A stretch of 64,000 nucleotides of DNA from Eledone cirrhosa (taxonomy: Eukaryota), in contig OZ024741.1 in the NCBI GenBank assembly GCA_964016885.1, positions 182,342,001-182,406,000 on the forward strand, in the 5' to 3' direction. The stretch's first letter is position 1. Each line of letters starts with the position of its first letter. Positions 13,274-25,267 of this stretch are shown piece by piece. A program made the translations under genes and the position numbers. A model generated the notes under the pieces. It had not been told where the DNA came from. It was given only the letters and a program-made list of their open reading frames with translations, and searched no databases.

Positions 13274-14460
13274 CATGGACGTGGACTCCTTTAATACCTA
13301 TTAATAGACTCCACTCTAGCTTGGAGATGTGATACATAATTGATTTATATTCGAGACGAGGGTTGTCTATTGCTTGATGGCCAGACTGGTGCATTTATAT
13401 GAGAGACTGGATCTCCGGACCATACCGAAGATTTACTGGAGATACAGGCAAGCAATGACCCGGAACCTACCGGGTGGCATATATAATAGTGGGACCATAC
13501 CAGGTCCTACTGTTATATTACATTTGCATGGAGCAGTGACTTGAGAGTCTGACTCCTCTTATAGAACGTTCAGATATGACACCCCTTAATTAATGGATGG
13601 TAATCATCCTAATATATACACCCTTGTACTTCTTAATGGACAACTCTCTAACCTATAAATGGGTAACATACTCTAGATATTAGTTATAACTTCACATGAT
13701 AGGCACGTATTTGAATCACCATTAATGTAGTTTAGCATAGTAATGTAACTAAGATAACTAGCTAGTTACCTCTCCTTACGCATTAATTCCCCTTAGTCAT
13801 TCAGGCACTTCCGGAATCTGGACAGCATGATATATTAATTAAGAACCGACTGGATACGGTTTATAGCTTGAATATATGCTGAACCACTGCGAATTATACG
13901 ATAGACGCGTGTTCTCTATATATATATTGCGTCTCATGGATTATGTGAGTGGTGGTGTGAGCAAGGACAGTGGTACGACCTTGCCTACGATACAATAAGG
14001 TTTATAGTATGTTGAAGGTTTTTGATATTTTAGAGTTTCCCCGCATCCGAGACTGTATATCATACAGATGTATGAGAATAAATGACTTAATAATTCAGCC
14101 TATATAATAAGATCGATTGCCTGCTTCAACTGCCTGACCCTGCAAATATCATTCTGACGCACTCTAATCATGTATAGATAAGACACGCGTGCATGCTACA
14201 CGGGAGATTGTTTCATACACTGACTACTCTAAGCTTTCCTCTTGCTTTATCTTCATAGACTGCCAACGCTTCATGTTTATCTTTATTTTCACTCTTATTT
14301 TCACTCTTGTTTTTATTTTATTTTATTTTTATCCTGTAACCTTTATATGTAAATTGCCATGCTATATCATTTGATGAATGTCACCCCACTGTTGATCAAT
14401 ATGCGCATATGTTTTATGTGTCTCTTGGGTTGAAAAGGAGGTCAAGTATGTTATAAATAG

Positions 14461-14509
14461 TTGCTCCGAAGAATCCAAACCTCGGTTTGGAGGAAACAAT
14501 TGTAAGCAA
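14461..14509 (+). ncRNA. Minimal type I hammerhead motif (CCGAAGA variant) at the 3' end of a 1.3-kb TA-flanked non-coding segment
   Basis: TTGCT-CCGAAGA-A-TCCAAAC CTCG GTTTGGA-G-GAAAC-AATT-GTA-AGCAA. Perfect stems I and II; palindromic ACAATTGT in stem III. Confidence 0.65.
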
Positions 14510-14613
14510 ATAAATGACTTAAACTGAACTTTGATTACTGTAATCTCTATATACATATACATATACAGATATATATATATACATACATACATACATATAC
14601 ATATATATATATA

Positions 14614-14694
<81 letters not shown>

Positions 14695-14697
<3 letters not shown>

Positions 14698-14886
14698 AAC
14701 GAGTAGGACCCCGACGGCTGAGCTCAAGCCGTTTCGACGGCTAATTCTGGTCCAGAATTAGCCGTCGAAACGGCTTGAGCTCAGTCGTCGGGGTCCTACT
14801 CGTTCCTATTACCCACTCTACTACCCTAAGTATTGAGTACTTTGGTGCGTTATGGTCCACCTGGTTCCTTACCACATTTCCTTCGT

Positions 14887-14890
<4 letters not shown>
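14695..14890 (+). mobile_element. Family B element with about 56-bp-arm palindrome
   Basis: AGGAACGAGTAGGACCCCGAC...CTGG-T-CCAG...GTCGGGGTCCTACTCGTTCCT, followed by the family B core, inside (TA)n. Confidence 0.8.
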
Positions 14891-14917
<27 letters not shown>

Positions 14918-15075
14918 CAAAACTGGAAACAGATAGAGAAACATGAATCGACGAATACGGTCCAAGATTGTTGTGTAAACTACAAAACCGCTAACTTCAT
15001 TAGGACAAACAACTTCGTGGTCATCAGCTGTCGAATGGACGTACACAGTTTCAACACCATATATATATATATGTG

Positions 15076-15265
15076 TGTTTCTACTTTTGGCACAAGGCTA
15101 GTAATTACCCCATTGCATTACTGGTGCTTTATTTTATCAACCCCGTAAGGATAAAAGGCAAAGTTAACCTCGGCAGGTTTTCAACTCAGAACGTAAAAGC
15201 TATAACTCTATGCTACAAAGCATGGTGTTTGATGCTATAGCAATACTGCCAAACCACCGCCCTCC
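15076..15265 (-). mobile_element. SINE family A copy
   Basis: TTTCTACTTTTGGCACAAGGC ... TGCCAAACCACCGCC. Confidence 0.8.
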
Positions 15266-15279
15266 CATTTATATATATA

Positions 15280-15775
15280 TATAAGTATGTATACGTACAT
15301 ACATATATGTATACAGACGTACAGTAGTATGTATATATATATATATATACATACATGCACACATACATATATGTACGTATGAATTCACCGAACATTTATT
15401 ATAATGCTCGGTGTGTTTGTAAACAAACATCCCGAATTAAGCCGTACAGTGTCTAGCAACCATCGTTGCTCATTGTTCAACACTGACAAAGGAACGCTGT
15501 ACTAGTTTCAAGCTTATTAGCTATCGTCAGCAACGTATACATTCCTGCCAGATGGTTGAACACGTGAAAGTATTTACTTTCCTTATGCATATTAACGGGT
15601 GAGCACCCTAATTTGCATATCGAGTGAGTTAATCGGCTAAGGTACCCAAACCGGTAAACGGAAAAAAATGAAACGAAATTTCATTTCTCACTCTTAGTAC
15701 GGCTGTTACTTAAATATAAGTATGTAGTAACAGCCGTACTAAGAGTGAGAAATGAAATTTCGTTTCATTTTTTCC

Positions 15776-15780
<5 letters not shown>
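15280..15780 (-). mobile_element. Hammerhead-bearing non-coding element family C with terminal fold-back; second copy 54095-54545 (+)
   Basis: About 450 bp of high similarity to the reverse complement of 54095-54545. 15657-15709 is inverted at 15726-15779. Hammerhead motif at 15495-15535 (-). Confidence 0.8.
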
Positions 15781-15840
<60 letters not shown>

Positions 15841-15843
<3 letters not shown>

Positions 15844-16194
15844 GATATATTAACAAATGGAAACTATATTTATAAAACCGTATTTATTTCATTAAACATA
15901 TTTCAAGGCTACCAAGTTAAATTATGGTGTGCTTTCATCAGATAAAATATAATATAGATCAGTTTTATAAATAAATATTGACATACCCTTAAAGAATGCG
16001 ATCATTTTTGTTGGGAGCTTCCAATAGAAATGGTCGCATTGTTTAAGAGTATGTCAATATTTATTTATAAAACTGATCTATATTATATTTTATCTGATGA
16101 AAGCGCACCATAATTTAACTTGGTGTCCTTGAAATATGTATAATGAAATAAATACGGTTTTATAAATATAGTTTCCATTTGTTAATATATCGTA
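15841..16194. mobile_element. 354-bp near-perfect palindrome with a hammerhead motif in each arm
   Basis: Symmetry centre at about 16017 (GGGAGCTTCC). Plus strand: TTTTAT-CTGATGA-stem II (GCACCA/TGGTGT)-GAAATATGTA-TA-ATGAAA at 16088-16148. Mirror at 15887-15947. Confidence 0.75.
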
Positions 16195-16330
16195 TTTTTA
16201 CTCTAATAATTTGTTGAATGCTTTATACCAGTTATAAAAATATTTGCTTGTTGTATCCCAACAATTTAAATAGAACTTCTACATATACATATATATATAC
16301 ATACATATACATACATATATATATATATAC

Positions 16331-16401
<71 letters not shown>

Positions 16402-16416
16402 TATATACATACACTG

Positions 16417-16475
<59 letters not shown>

Positions 16476-16494
16476 GATGGCTTTATCTAGAGCC

Positions 16495-16727
16495 ACAATA
16501 AAGAGATATATGTATTATAGACAGAGAAAGAGCGAAAGAGCCATATCTGGCACAACAAAGACGGTATATTGTATATATACCAAATACATATTCTATGGAA
16601 GGATATGTTCATAGGTGGGAACATATCCTTCCATAGAATATGTATTTGGTATATATACAATATACCGTCTTTCTTGTACGAGATATCGCTCTTTCTCTCT
16701 ATACATATACTTATATCTCTTTATTTG

Positions 16728-16730
<3 letters not shown>
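16495..16730. repeat. Fold-back element in TA tract (54-bp perfect inner arms)
   Basis: 16557-16610 is inverted at about 16620-16673, with imperfect outer arms. Confidence 0.85.
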
Positions 16731-16763
<33 letters not shown>

Positions 16764-16916
16764 GGAAAAGGTATGACCCCACCGGCAGAGCTCAAGCCGT
16801 TTCGACAGCTCTTTTCCTATTACCCACTCTATTACCCTAAGTATTGAGTACTCTGGTGCATTATGGTCCATCTGGATCCTTACCACAATTCCTTCGTTAT
16901 ATATATATATATATAT

Positions 16917-17145
16917 CAGTGGCGAAGGGTAACCTGGAAAGCCGAGCATGCAGTCCAATCGACATGGCGGAAAGTGGGGCTGTGCAGCCTTACTCCCCAT
17001 TCCCTCTAAATGACCCTCCCGGTCAAAGCCGCATGAAGTGTTATCTAGTGTGTGTGTGTGTGTGTGTGTTATCTTTTTATGTGTCTACGATTTAGTAAGC
17101 AGTCAAAATTCTGCTTGCCCCAAAGCGGTCGCGTGTTTGTGTGTA

Positions 17146-17207
<62 letters not shown>

Positions 17208-17280
17208 CTTTTTATGTGTCTACGATTTAGTAAGCAGTCAAAATTCTGCTTGCCCCAAAGCGGTCGTGTGTTTGTGTGTA

Positions 17281-17326
<46 letters not shown>

Positions 17327-17444
17327 CTTTTTATGTGTCTACGATTTAGTAAGCAGTCAAAATTCTGCTTGCCCCAAAGCTGTCGTGTGTTTGTGTGTAT
17401 GTGCGTGTGTGTGTGTGTGTATGTGTGTATGTGTGTGCGTGTGT

Positions 17445-17480
<36 letters not shown>

Positions 17481-17610
17481 ATCTTTTTTTGTGTCTATAC
17501 GTTTTAGTAAGCAGCCAAAATTCTGCTTGCTTCAACCGACGCAATTGATCAACTCAAGATTCTATAACGCATGCACTGCATGCGTTGCATGCACGGACCC
17601 TTCGACCCTG
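16917..17610. mobile_element. hAT-like MITE containing four tandem microsatellite-spaced units
   Basis: Imperfect 14-bp TIRs CAGTGGCGAAGGGT and ACCCTTCGACCCTG; flanks ATATATAT/ATACATAT (8-bp TSD-like). Internal unit TTATCTTTTTATGTGTCTACGATTTAGTAAGCAGTCAAAATTCTGCTTGCCCC + (TG)n occurs four times. Confidence 0.6.
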
Positions 17611-18220
17611 ATACATATATGAGAGTGTGTATATACAGACATGAAGACACACATGAGCACACATGCACACACGCACAGATATTTCACCATTTCTGTCTGT
17701 TGTCCCCCCCCCCCTCTCTCTATGTATATCGCCTCTTACTTTCTCCCTCATTAACCTCTTTAATCTATGTCTAATTTCTACGTCTCCAACAGTATATTAG
17801 ACATAGTCTTTGATCGTTTCTAACCCTGGAATTAGTCTCATGTCATCAACTGATCATGCGATCAGATAATTGGTTACTCCCCCCTCCTCTCTCTCTCTCT
17901 CCCTGACACACACACATACCTGCGCGCACACTGACATACGTACATGCATACATGTAGACATACATACACGCATGCACACATAGATACAAGCATACATATC
18001 CTGTTACTTATAGCTTATCGTTATCGGATTTTACATGTATGTATAGTTTCCTGTGTATGTATGTTTGCATGCATCTCTGTACACACACACACATATATAT
18101 ATATACGCACACATACACACACACACACATATATATATATATTTATGTACGAATATACATATATATTCTATACGTATATACACATATATAATATATATAT
18201 ATTTATGCATACATACACAG

Positions 18221-18295
<75 letters not shown>

Positions 18296-19184
18296 CTTAG
18301 TGACTAGTGTAAGTCTAATACTTATTCTATCTACGTTTTTTTTAAACTTAATTAGATTGTTCTCTGCAAAATATTAGTTTTATGGTTTCCTATGATATTG
18401 GCAGTGTGAAAAGCTCTAAGATCTTGGATTTTTAGCCCTAATTCTCTCACAGTGCTATCATAGATCCACACGATCGTTATATATTTGTGTCTTATTGTAT
18501 GTTTGGAAATTTTCCCTTTATCTCATATTTAAACTTACGTTCACTTACAAATAAAATTTGCTACAAACTAATGTGCTGCAACTGGGAAGACGAGATAGAA
18601 ACAAAACCCAACATCTTAGGCAAGGAGAGAAACTAAGCAGAGATGGCACAGTGAGAGAAAAAGTTTTTCGTATGGACATAAGTCCTATATAGACAGACAC
18701 AACACGGAAAGAGCAGAGACAGAGATAAGAAGAGAGAGAGAGGGTGGTGAGAAAAAGAGAAAGGGAAATAAAGGAGAGAACAGAGGACACAGGTGGAAGG
18801 TGAAGTGTTTGAACGTAAGCCTTATATAGACAGACGCAATGATCAGAGAATGTAAATGATAAAAAGAAAGGGAAAAGAGAAAAGAAACCGCAGGCGGTGT
18901 AAATATTAAATATGTATCATTTTGAAGAAGTGTCTTGCATGGCTACGAATATACAAAATTAGTACAAAACGGTGGGCGAAGACAACGGAAAAACGGACGA
19001 AACACAGGACAGTCCCTTCTCATCAGTCAACCGCTGGAAGTAATCATGGTTTCGGATCTTTAATTCGATATCTTTGGCTCCAGGACATGTGGGACAGTAA
19101 TAAATTGACACAAGATAGGACGGTTGGTTTTCTTTCATATACACACACACATATATATATATGTATGTATATATATATGGAGAA

Positions 19185-19380
19185 GCCTCCATCGACTCCG
19201 ACGACGAGTGTTTGAATACGGAACTGCCTGCTCATGGAATTAACGTGCAAGGAACAGACCATTCTGTGAACACGTGCATCATTAAAGTGTTTTTCTCAAG
19301 GATACAATGAATCGGGAATCGAACACGACCTTATTGATCATGAGCCAATTTCCCTAACCACGAAACCCAAAGCTTCACAT
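19185..19380 (-). mobile_element. tRNA-derived SINE family D, degenerate
   Basis: CTGCCTGCTCATGGAATTAACGTGCAAG...GGGAATCGAACACGACC, similar to 23800-24050. Confidence 0.5.
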
Positions 19381-19694
19381 ACATACACTCATATGTATTC
19401 GTATTTATCTATCTATCTATCTATCTATCTCTCTCTATATATATATACTTAAGGTAAATATTGATGCAATTCAATTCAAGCATTCAACGTACTTTTTCCA
19501 CATAGGAGTCACGGAGTATATATCGAATAAGAAAAAGAGAAGTACTTTCAGATGTTAAAGTCCTTTAATGATAATGCTGTGATACATATTTCAATGACGA
19601 CAGTGGCCACACGGTTCGGTGCGCCCAGTGCCGTGACATCATCAGGCTGCTCCTTACATAATAAGGTTATATTTCCGAGGCAATCCAAATTGAA

Positions 19695-19810
19695 TCGACA
19701 TGGGAACGGACAAAGCGTGCGCTCTTGAATTCTTCGCCCGTTCCCTTTGGGACTCACAAGGGAACGGGAGAAAAATTCAAGAGCACACGCCTTGTCCGTT
19801 CCCATGTCGA
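19695..19810. repeat. Hairpin with about 53-bp arms attached to a family B core
   Basis: TCGACATGGGAACGGACAA...CCCGTTCCCTT is inverted as AAGGGAACGGG...TTGTCCGTTCCCATGTCGA. Confidence 0.85.
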
Positions 19811-19905
19811 GGGTCATACCTTTTCCTATTACCCACTCTACTACCCTAAGTATTGAGTACTCTGGTGCGTTATGGTCCATCTGGTTCCTTACCACAATTC
19901 CTTCG

Positions 19906-19974
<69 letters not shown>

Positions 19975-20055
19975 AAAGGTAAACAGAAATAACAACACAA
20001 TCGGTACAGTATATGGAAGGGATATATTAGGTTAGCGCTTTATATAGCAGGAAGA

Positions 20056-20095
20056 GGGTCTTAACATTTCGGACGCTAGTCCTTCATCAGAAAAA
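20056..20095 (-). ncRNA. Minimal hammerhead-like motif in PLE pLTR
   Basis: Minus strand CTGATGA-A-GGAC TAGC GTCC-GAAATGTTAAG. The same motif is at 37145-37182 (+). Stem I is weak. Confidence 0.55.
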
Positions 20096-20614
20096 AGAAT
20101 GAGAAATAAGATAGATTGAGGGGACGTGCGGGGTGGAATTGGAAAAAATGTCTTTAGATAAAAATAATAGGTCCATTCATGTTGACATCTTTTGAAAACT
20201 GGTGGTGTTGGCGTTTTGTGTATGATTTATTTTTTAGAAAAGTGGATGATGGAGCGCGTCTACCTGAAATGGAAAAAACCGTTCTGTAAAAAGAGCTATA
20301 CTTGTGCATGTGCGTAAGCATGTGTTAGTGTGTGTGTTATTATATGTCCGTATGAAGCTAAGAAGAAAAGTGTGTGTATATGTGAGTAAAAGAGTGTGTG
20401 TGCATGTTAGTACGAAGCTATGAGCAAAGTATGTTAATATAAGGGTGTGTATGTGTGTATACATAGAGCAGTGAAGGGAAAAGTGGAGTGAACATATATA
20501 GTCGGCATGTATTAGTTGTAAGAGAAGCTGCTAATAATCAATAGAAAATGATAGGAATCTAGGGGTGTGATAATAGACGGGGTATTAGAGAAATTTGGGA
20601 GGTGAGTTAAGTCC

Positions 20615-23000
20615 AAGAAGGGAATAGGACTCAATGCGGTGAATCAGACTTTGTTCAGTCCTGGTGCGCGAGGCCAGAACTGAAACATGTAGGGAAGAAT
20701 GACCAGGAGAACAGAAATGACGGGCGACAGGAGTATACAAACCGAGTCGTATGTCCCTCAAATGTTAGGCAAAACGGTCCGCCATACGGCGTCCCGTTTG
20801 TCCGATATATAAAGACCCGCAAAGGGAACACCGGAGGGCATAGACAACGTGAGTGGATTTGCAGGTGAGGGAATGGCAGATACGGAAAGACCCGTTAAGG
20901 CCTGTAAGAGTAGTGAGGGTGGAAATAAAGGGACAAGTGTTGCAGTGGGAACGGGAACAAGGATGAGAGCCGGGTGGAGTCGTGGGAGAGGACAAAAAGG
21001 AACTGCGAACCAGGAGGTCACGGAGGTTGCGGGCAGTAATGGGTGGGTTTGGAAAAAAGCGAGAAATGACGGGGTCAGAAGAGAGGATATGGAAGGAACG
21101 GAGGATATGTCGCCGGAGCGGTAGGGTGATGGGGTGGTAGGTGAGGGAAAGGAACACGGGTGTTGGGAGGGCGGGGGTGAGGTGAGAGGGCTGTGGTGCG
21201 GTCTGTTTCATGGGCGCGGGTGAGAGCAGCTTGGATCAGGGAGAGGGGATATCCACGCTGGATGAAGCAGGAAGCCATGCAAAGGCAATGGGTTTCGAAG
21301 TCGTCGTCCTGGCTACAGAGTCGACGAAGACGGAGGAATTGGGAATAGGAAATGGAGTGTTTGGTGTGGGTTGGATGTGAGGAGGTGAAGTCGAGGTAAG
21401 ACTGGGAGTCTGTTGGTTTAATGAAGATGGAAGTAGAGAGGGTGTGGTGAGAGTGATTAATAGATAGAGAGATATCTAGTAAAGCGACAGAAGAATCGGA
21501 GACGGATGCGGTGAAATTGAGAGCAGGATGGAAAGATTGGACAAAAGAATGAAAACAGTTGAGCTGTTCTCGCGATAGAGAGGTGGCGCTGATACAGTCG
21601 TCGATATAACGACCGTATAGCTCAGGAGTCAGTCCAGCGTACTGGGAGAAGACCTGGGCTTCGACGTAGCCAACAAACAAGTTGGCATAGTTTGGATCCA
21701 CTCTGGTTCCCATCGCTACCCCAGAGACCTGTTGATAAAATCCACCCAGTTGCACGCAGAAACGATAGGACGGCCAAGATTATTTTGTTTGTGTATTTTG
21801 GGGAGGAAGTAGATGGTGGGTGTGCGAAGGGTACGTACAATAAGGTTGGTGGCTGTAGGGGTAGGAGAGAGGAGGAGATGAGCTCGTGGATGGTGGAGGA
21901 CACGAGTTGTTAGTAGCCAGCAGTGGGGTCAGAGGATAAAGGGCGGTAAAAAGGGTATTGCGGAGAGCCTCAGCCCTATAGAAATCAGCGCTCAAAACCA
22001 CCACAGCGCCACCTTTGTCAGCGGGTTTGATGACAATGTCATCGCGATGCCGAAGGTTGCGAAGAGCTCAGTCCGCGTGATGTTAGAGCGACGAGAATGC
22101 TGGTGGAATCGAGGGTGCTGAACTGGCCAGAGTTCGGTGTCCAATGTGATTGCCGGCGACTGAGACGAGTGAAGTCATCCGTCTATGTCAATGATGGCGT
22201 GTCGTGAAAAAAGGCTTTCAGCTTTAATCGACGGAAGAACCCTTCAATCTCGGTGTGCGGAACTCGTCGCAGGTAGATGTGGTTGGTATAAAACGCAAAC
22301 CACGAGTGAGGAGGGAGCGTTCAGCTTCGGAGAGTGGTAGCTCCTTGGGTATGGTGACTACAGTGTAAGGACGTGAGGGAGTGAAAGAAGCGGAGGCGGA
22401 GGGGTCAAGGTGGTTGGGCAAAGCGTGTGCAGATTCAGTGGTGTGCAGATTCAGTGGAGAGGAAAGGGGGTGGTAGGTGACGGGATAGAGGGGTTAGAGT
22501 TGGAGGTGATATGAGTATGGGTGGTGATGGCAGGCGGGGAGCGGAGAGAGTCGAGTTTGTGGTTTTTTACGGAAGTGAGGAAATTGAAAGGGAGGCGATT
22601 GAGGTAAAGGATGAATTGGATAAGGGATTGGGCGAGGAAAGGGTGGCAAGTGGAGGAGAGATGGAGGTAGGCCTTGGGGAGATTTCGGTTGAGAGAACGG
22701 ATTTGGGCGAGAGTTGATCGAATGGTCGCCCGCATGAGTTGGCGAGAGGAGCGGGTCAGGATGGGCTCAGTGGGGGGAGCAGAGTAAGAGGTGGGGTGAA
22801 ACTTGAAGCGGAACCGCGGGGAATGAGGTGGTGGTGGAGACAGCAACTTAAAAATGTGATGTGACTGTTGTATCGTGTTTTGGTGAAGATGAGGTTGGAG
22901 AGATGCAGGGAGGATTGGATGCATATAGGAGGAGGGGGGAGGTTGGAGAAGCGCTTGAGAGTAGAATGGAGCTGGCGGAGAAAAGATTTGAGATTGGGCA
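20615..23000 (-). pseudogene. PLE reverse transcriptase / GIY-YIG endonuclease polyprotein, multiply frameshifted
   Basis: ORF fragments 22756-23205, 22451-22924, 22224-22421, 21780-22004, 21075-21755 and 20765-21211 join into one PLE protein. Confidence 0.88.
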
Positions 23001-23277
23001 TATTGAAGGTACTAGGGTGGGAGTGAAAAATAGATGGGTGAGAAGAAGAAGGTGGCGTAAGAAGATTGTAGTAGAGGAAAAGTGGTAGAGAGTCGTGGAA
23101 TATATAAATGCAAGAAGCAAAGAAAATTTCAAAGATACGAAAGATTTCCTGGTAGAAGTTCAGGCGTACTCCGGGTTGGTATCCAGTTTCGAGGTGAAAA
23201 TCCAATCAGAAAATCCAGATCCGAATAAGGCGAAACAATTGTTCTCGGTAATGATGAACTAACTGTTGTGGAACTAC

Positions 23278-23342
<65 letters not shown>

Positions 23343-23799
23343 AATAACTTTCACAAAACCATTATCGGTTTATTAGTGTTATCGAATTATTTATTAGCAT
23401 TGTCACGTGGCACACAGTGTGTGTGAAAAAATACTTGAATAGTTATAGAATGGACGTTTTTCCTGAAAAATGACTAAATCTAAGCAACATAAAGATTTCT
23501 ATGTGTTTAACGGATCGGAAAATATATACACATGATTGACAGCTATTGCAGTTTTCAGCTCAGGCGCAGTAGGATATAATCTTTAGAACATCCTAGCATC
23601 CAGGGGTAAAGAAAAGAAAAAAGGAAAGAAAAAGAGAAAAAGAAAACGAACGAATAAACGAGATTGTTTTAAATATTTCTACTGTGTATGTTTTAAGATA
23701 TATTAATATATTACATAACATAAGCTGTCTGATTCACTCATATAACGGCAGAGACATACATACATACATACATACACACATACATACATAGATATATAC

Positions 23800-24050
23800 A
23801 TGTTGTATTTTCGTCGGTTCTGTTGATGAGTGTCCTAGTTGTTCGATCAACGGAACAGCCTGCTCGTGAAATGAGCGTGCAAGTGGCTGAGCATACCTTG
23901 CGTATCCTTAACGTATTCCCCAGTGACACGACTGCCTCTTTGAATTACAAGCATAGTTTGAGTAGGCTAGAGCAACGTGAAATAAAGTGCCTTGCCCAAG
24001 GACACAACATACCACCAGGAATCGAACTCACTAACCACTAAGCCACGTGC
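23800..24050 (-). mobile_element. tRNA-derived SINE family D
   Basis: Reverse complement of a tRNA-like head (GGAATCGAACTC, CTAACCACTAAGCCAC) and GTGAAATAAAGTGCCTTGCCCAAGGACACA. Confidence 0.65.
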
Positions 24051-24249
24051 ACTTTCAATCCAAACCAACAACGTAATATAGATCATCGCTAAAGAAAGAC
24101 TAATAACTTAAGTGCCTAACTGAAATAAGTTACTTGGGTGTATGTGATCAGTGAAAGGGGAAACCACTTGAAGGTAGTGTTCCATCATGAACACAGTCCT
24201 ACCACGACTGAAGTTTTTAAAATGAAATAATAGAAATAATATATGTAAA

Positions 24250-25060
24250 TACCACATGTCCGAGAAGTGTGCATTGCGACGAAACCTGTGGATTTGTGTC
24301 GAATAGCTGCTGTCACGTGCAAAACGGCTATCAATTGAATCTATTGTGATGATTGCCCCGCCGCCTTCCTTTAACCGAGAAAGGTCAAGCATGTCTTCCA
24401 AGTAACAATTCAACCAATCTTGCTATATGGAAGTGAAACATGGACGCTTTCATCCAAACAACAAAACCACCTTGATGGCACTTGCACTCGCCTACTGCGA
24501 CGCATTCAGAACATAAGCTGGCGACATCTGACTTTGAAAGAAATATATGCCGGCCTCCTACGCATATCTGTCGTTGTACGTAAAAGGAGAGAAAGATTTG
24601 CTGACCACTGCCATCGTGCCACCTACGAGGCTGTGTCCCCATTAGTGCTTTGGAAACCACAAGCAATCATTAATAACAGGGGTCACAAGCTCTCCTACCT
24701 CGATGTCATCTCCAGAGATTCTAGTATTGAAATCCAGGACTTGGCAACGGCAATGAACGACAGACCCACGTGGAGATCAATTGTTGAGTCCATTTCGGCT
24801 GAGGCCACCGGATGATGATGATGATATGTTTGGTGGCCATGGCAAAAGAGGTTGAATAGTGGACACGATTGAAAGAGCTAAAGACAAACACTTTCCTCCG
24901 TGGCGAATCTCTCATTAACTTCTTTCCCTTGAACAATAGATTTCAAATAAATTTCCCTTGAACAATAAAATCAAGGAGAGGGCAGTATTGCCTTCCAGTC
25001 ATTGTCACGAGAGTAGCGAGCGTGGTTCGAGTGGACGGGCCAGCCTTGAATATACGCTTG
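24250..25060 (+). mobile_element. Tx1/L1-family LINE 3' coding fragment split by an RTE insertion
   Basis: LSIESIVMIAPPPSF before 24410 continues as ICLVAMAKEV..WTRLKELKTNTF..SLINFF after 24825. Both match the 3' end of the element at 50710-51056. Confidence 0.75.
24412..24824 (+). mobile_element. RTE LINE 3' fragment with (GAT)n tail
   Basis: LLYGSETWTLS...LDGTCTRLLRRIQNISWR...AMNDRPTWRSIV, ending GATGATGATGAT. Confidence 0.85.
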
Positions 25061-25267
25061 CAAATCGGGGCTGAAGAACTGAAAGAGGTCATTTGCCCTA
25101 GTAGTGAGAGCAACAGAGGTTTTATGGGGGTTTTCCACGAGTAGCCCTCAGATGTCTCCTTTTTATTGAGGAATACTTATTGTTTAAAATGTTATTCTTA
25201 CTTCCCCTCGGACATCTCCTCCCCATTGAGGAACACCCGTTGTTAATATTTTATTGTTAGGTCCCTT

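Larger units (their letters stand above)
19972..23280 (-). mobile_element. Near full-length Penelope-like element (Neptune-like), inserted in (TA)n
   Basis: Frameshifted ORF with N-terminal HITFLSCCL...IPRG, LSEAERSLLTRGLRFIPT, IKPADKGGAVVV, GVAMGT...YANLFVG, RYIDD, KPTDSQSYLDFTSSHP, Cys-rich linker CSRSHCNTC and GIY-YIG VVYALRCSLCGSLYIGQTGR. The 3' pLTR carries a hammerhead-like motif. (TA)n on both sides. Confidence 0.9.

Noticed and set aside
14930-15060. Hammerhead on the minus strand (CTGATGACCACG...)
   Set aside because: No GAAA/NUH half could be placed.
23221-23250. Hammerhead at the PLE 5' end (GAAACAATTGTT)
   Set aside because: Only the 3' half is present; no intact CTGANGA or stem II upstream.
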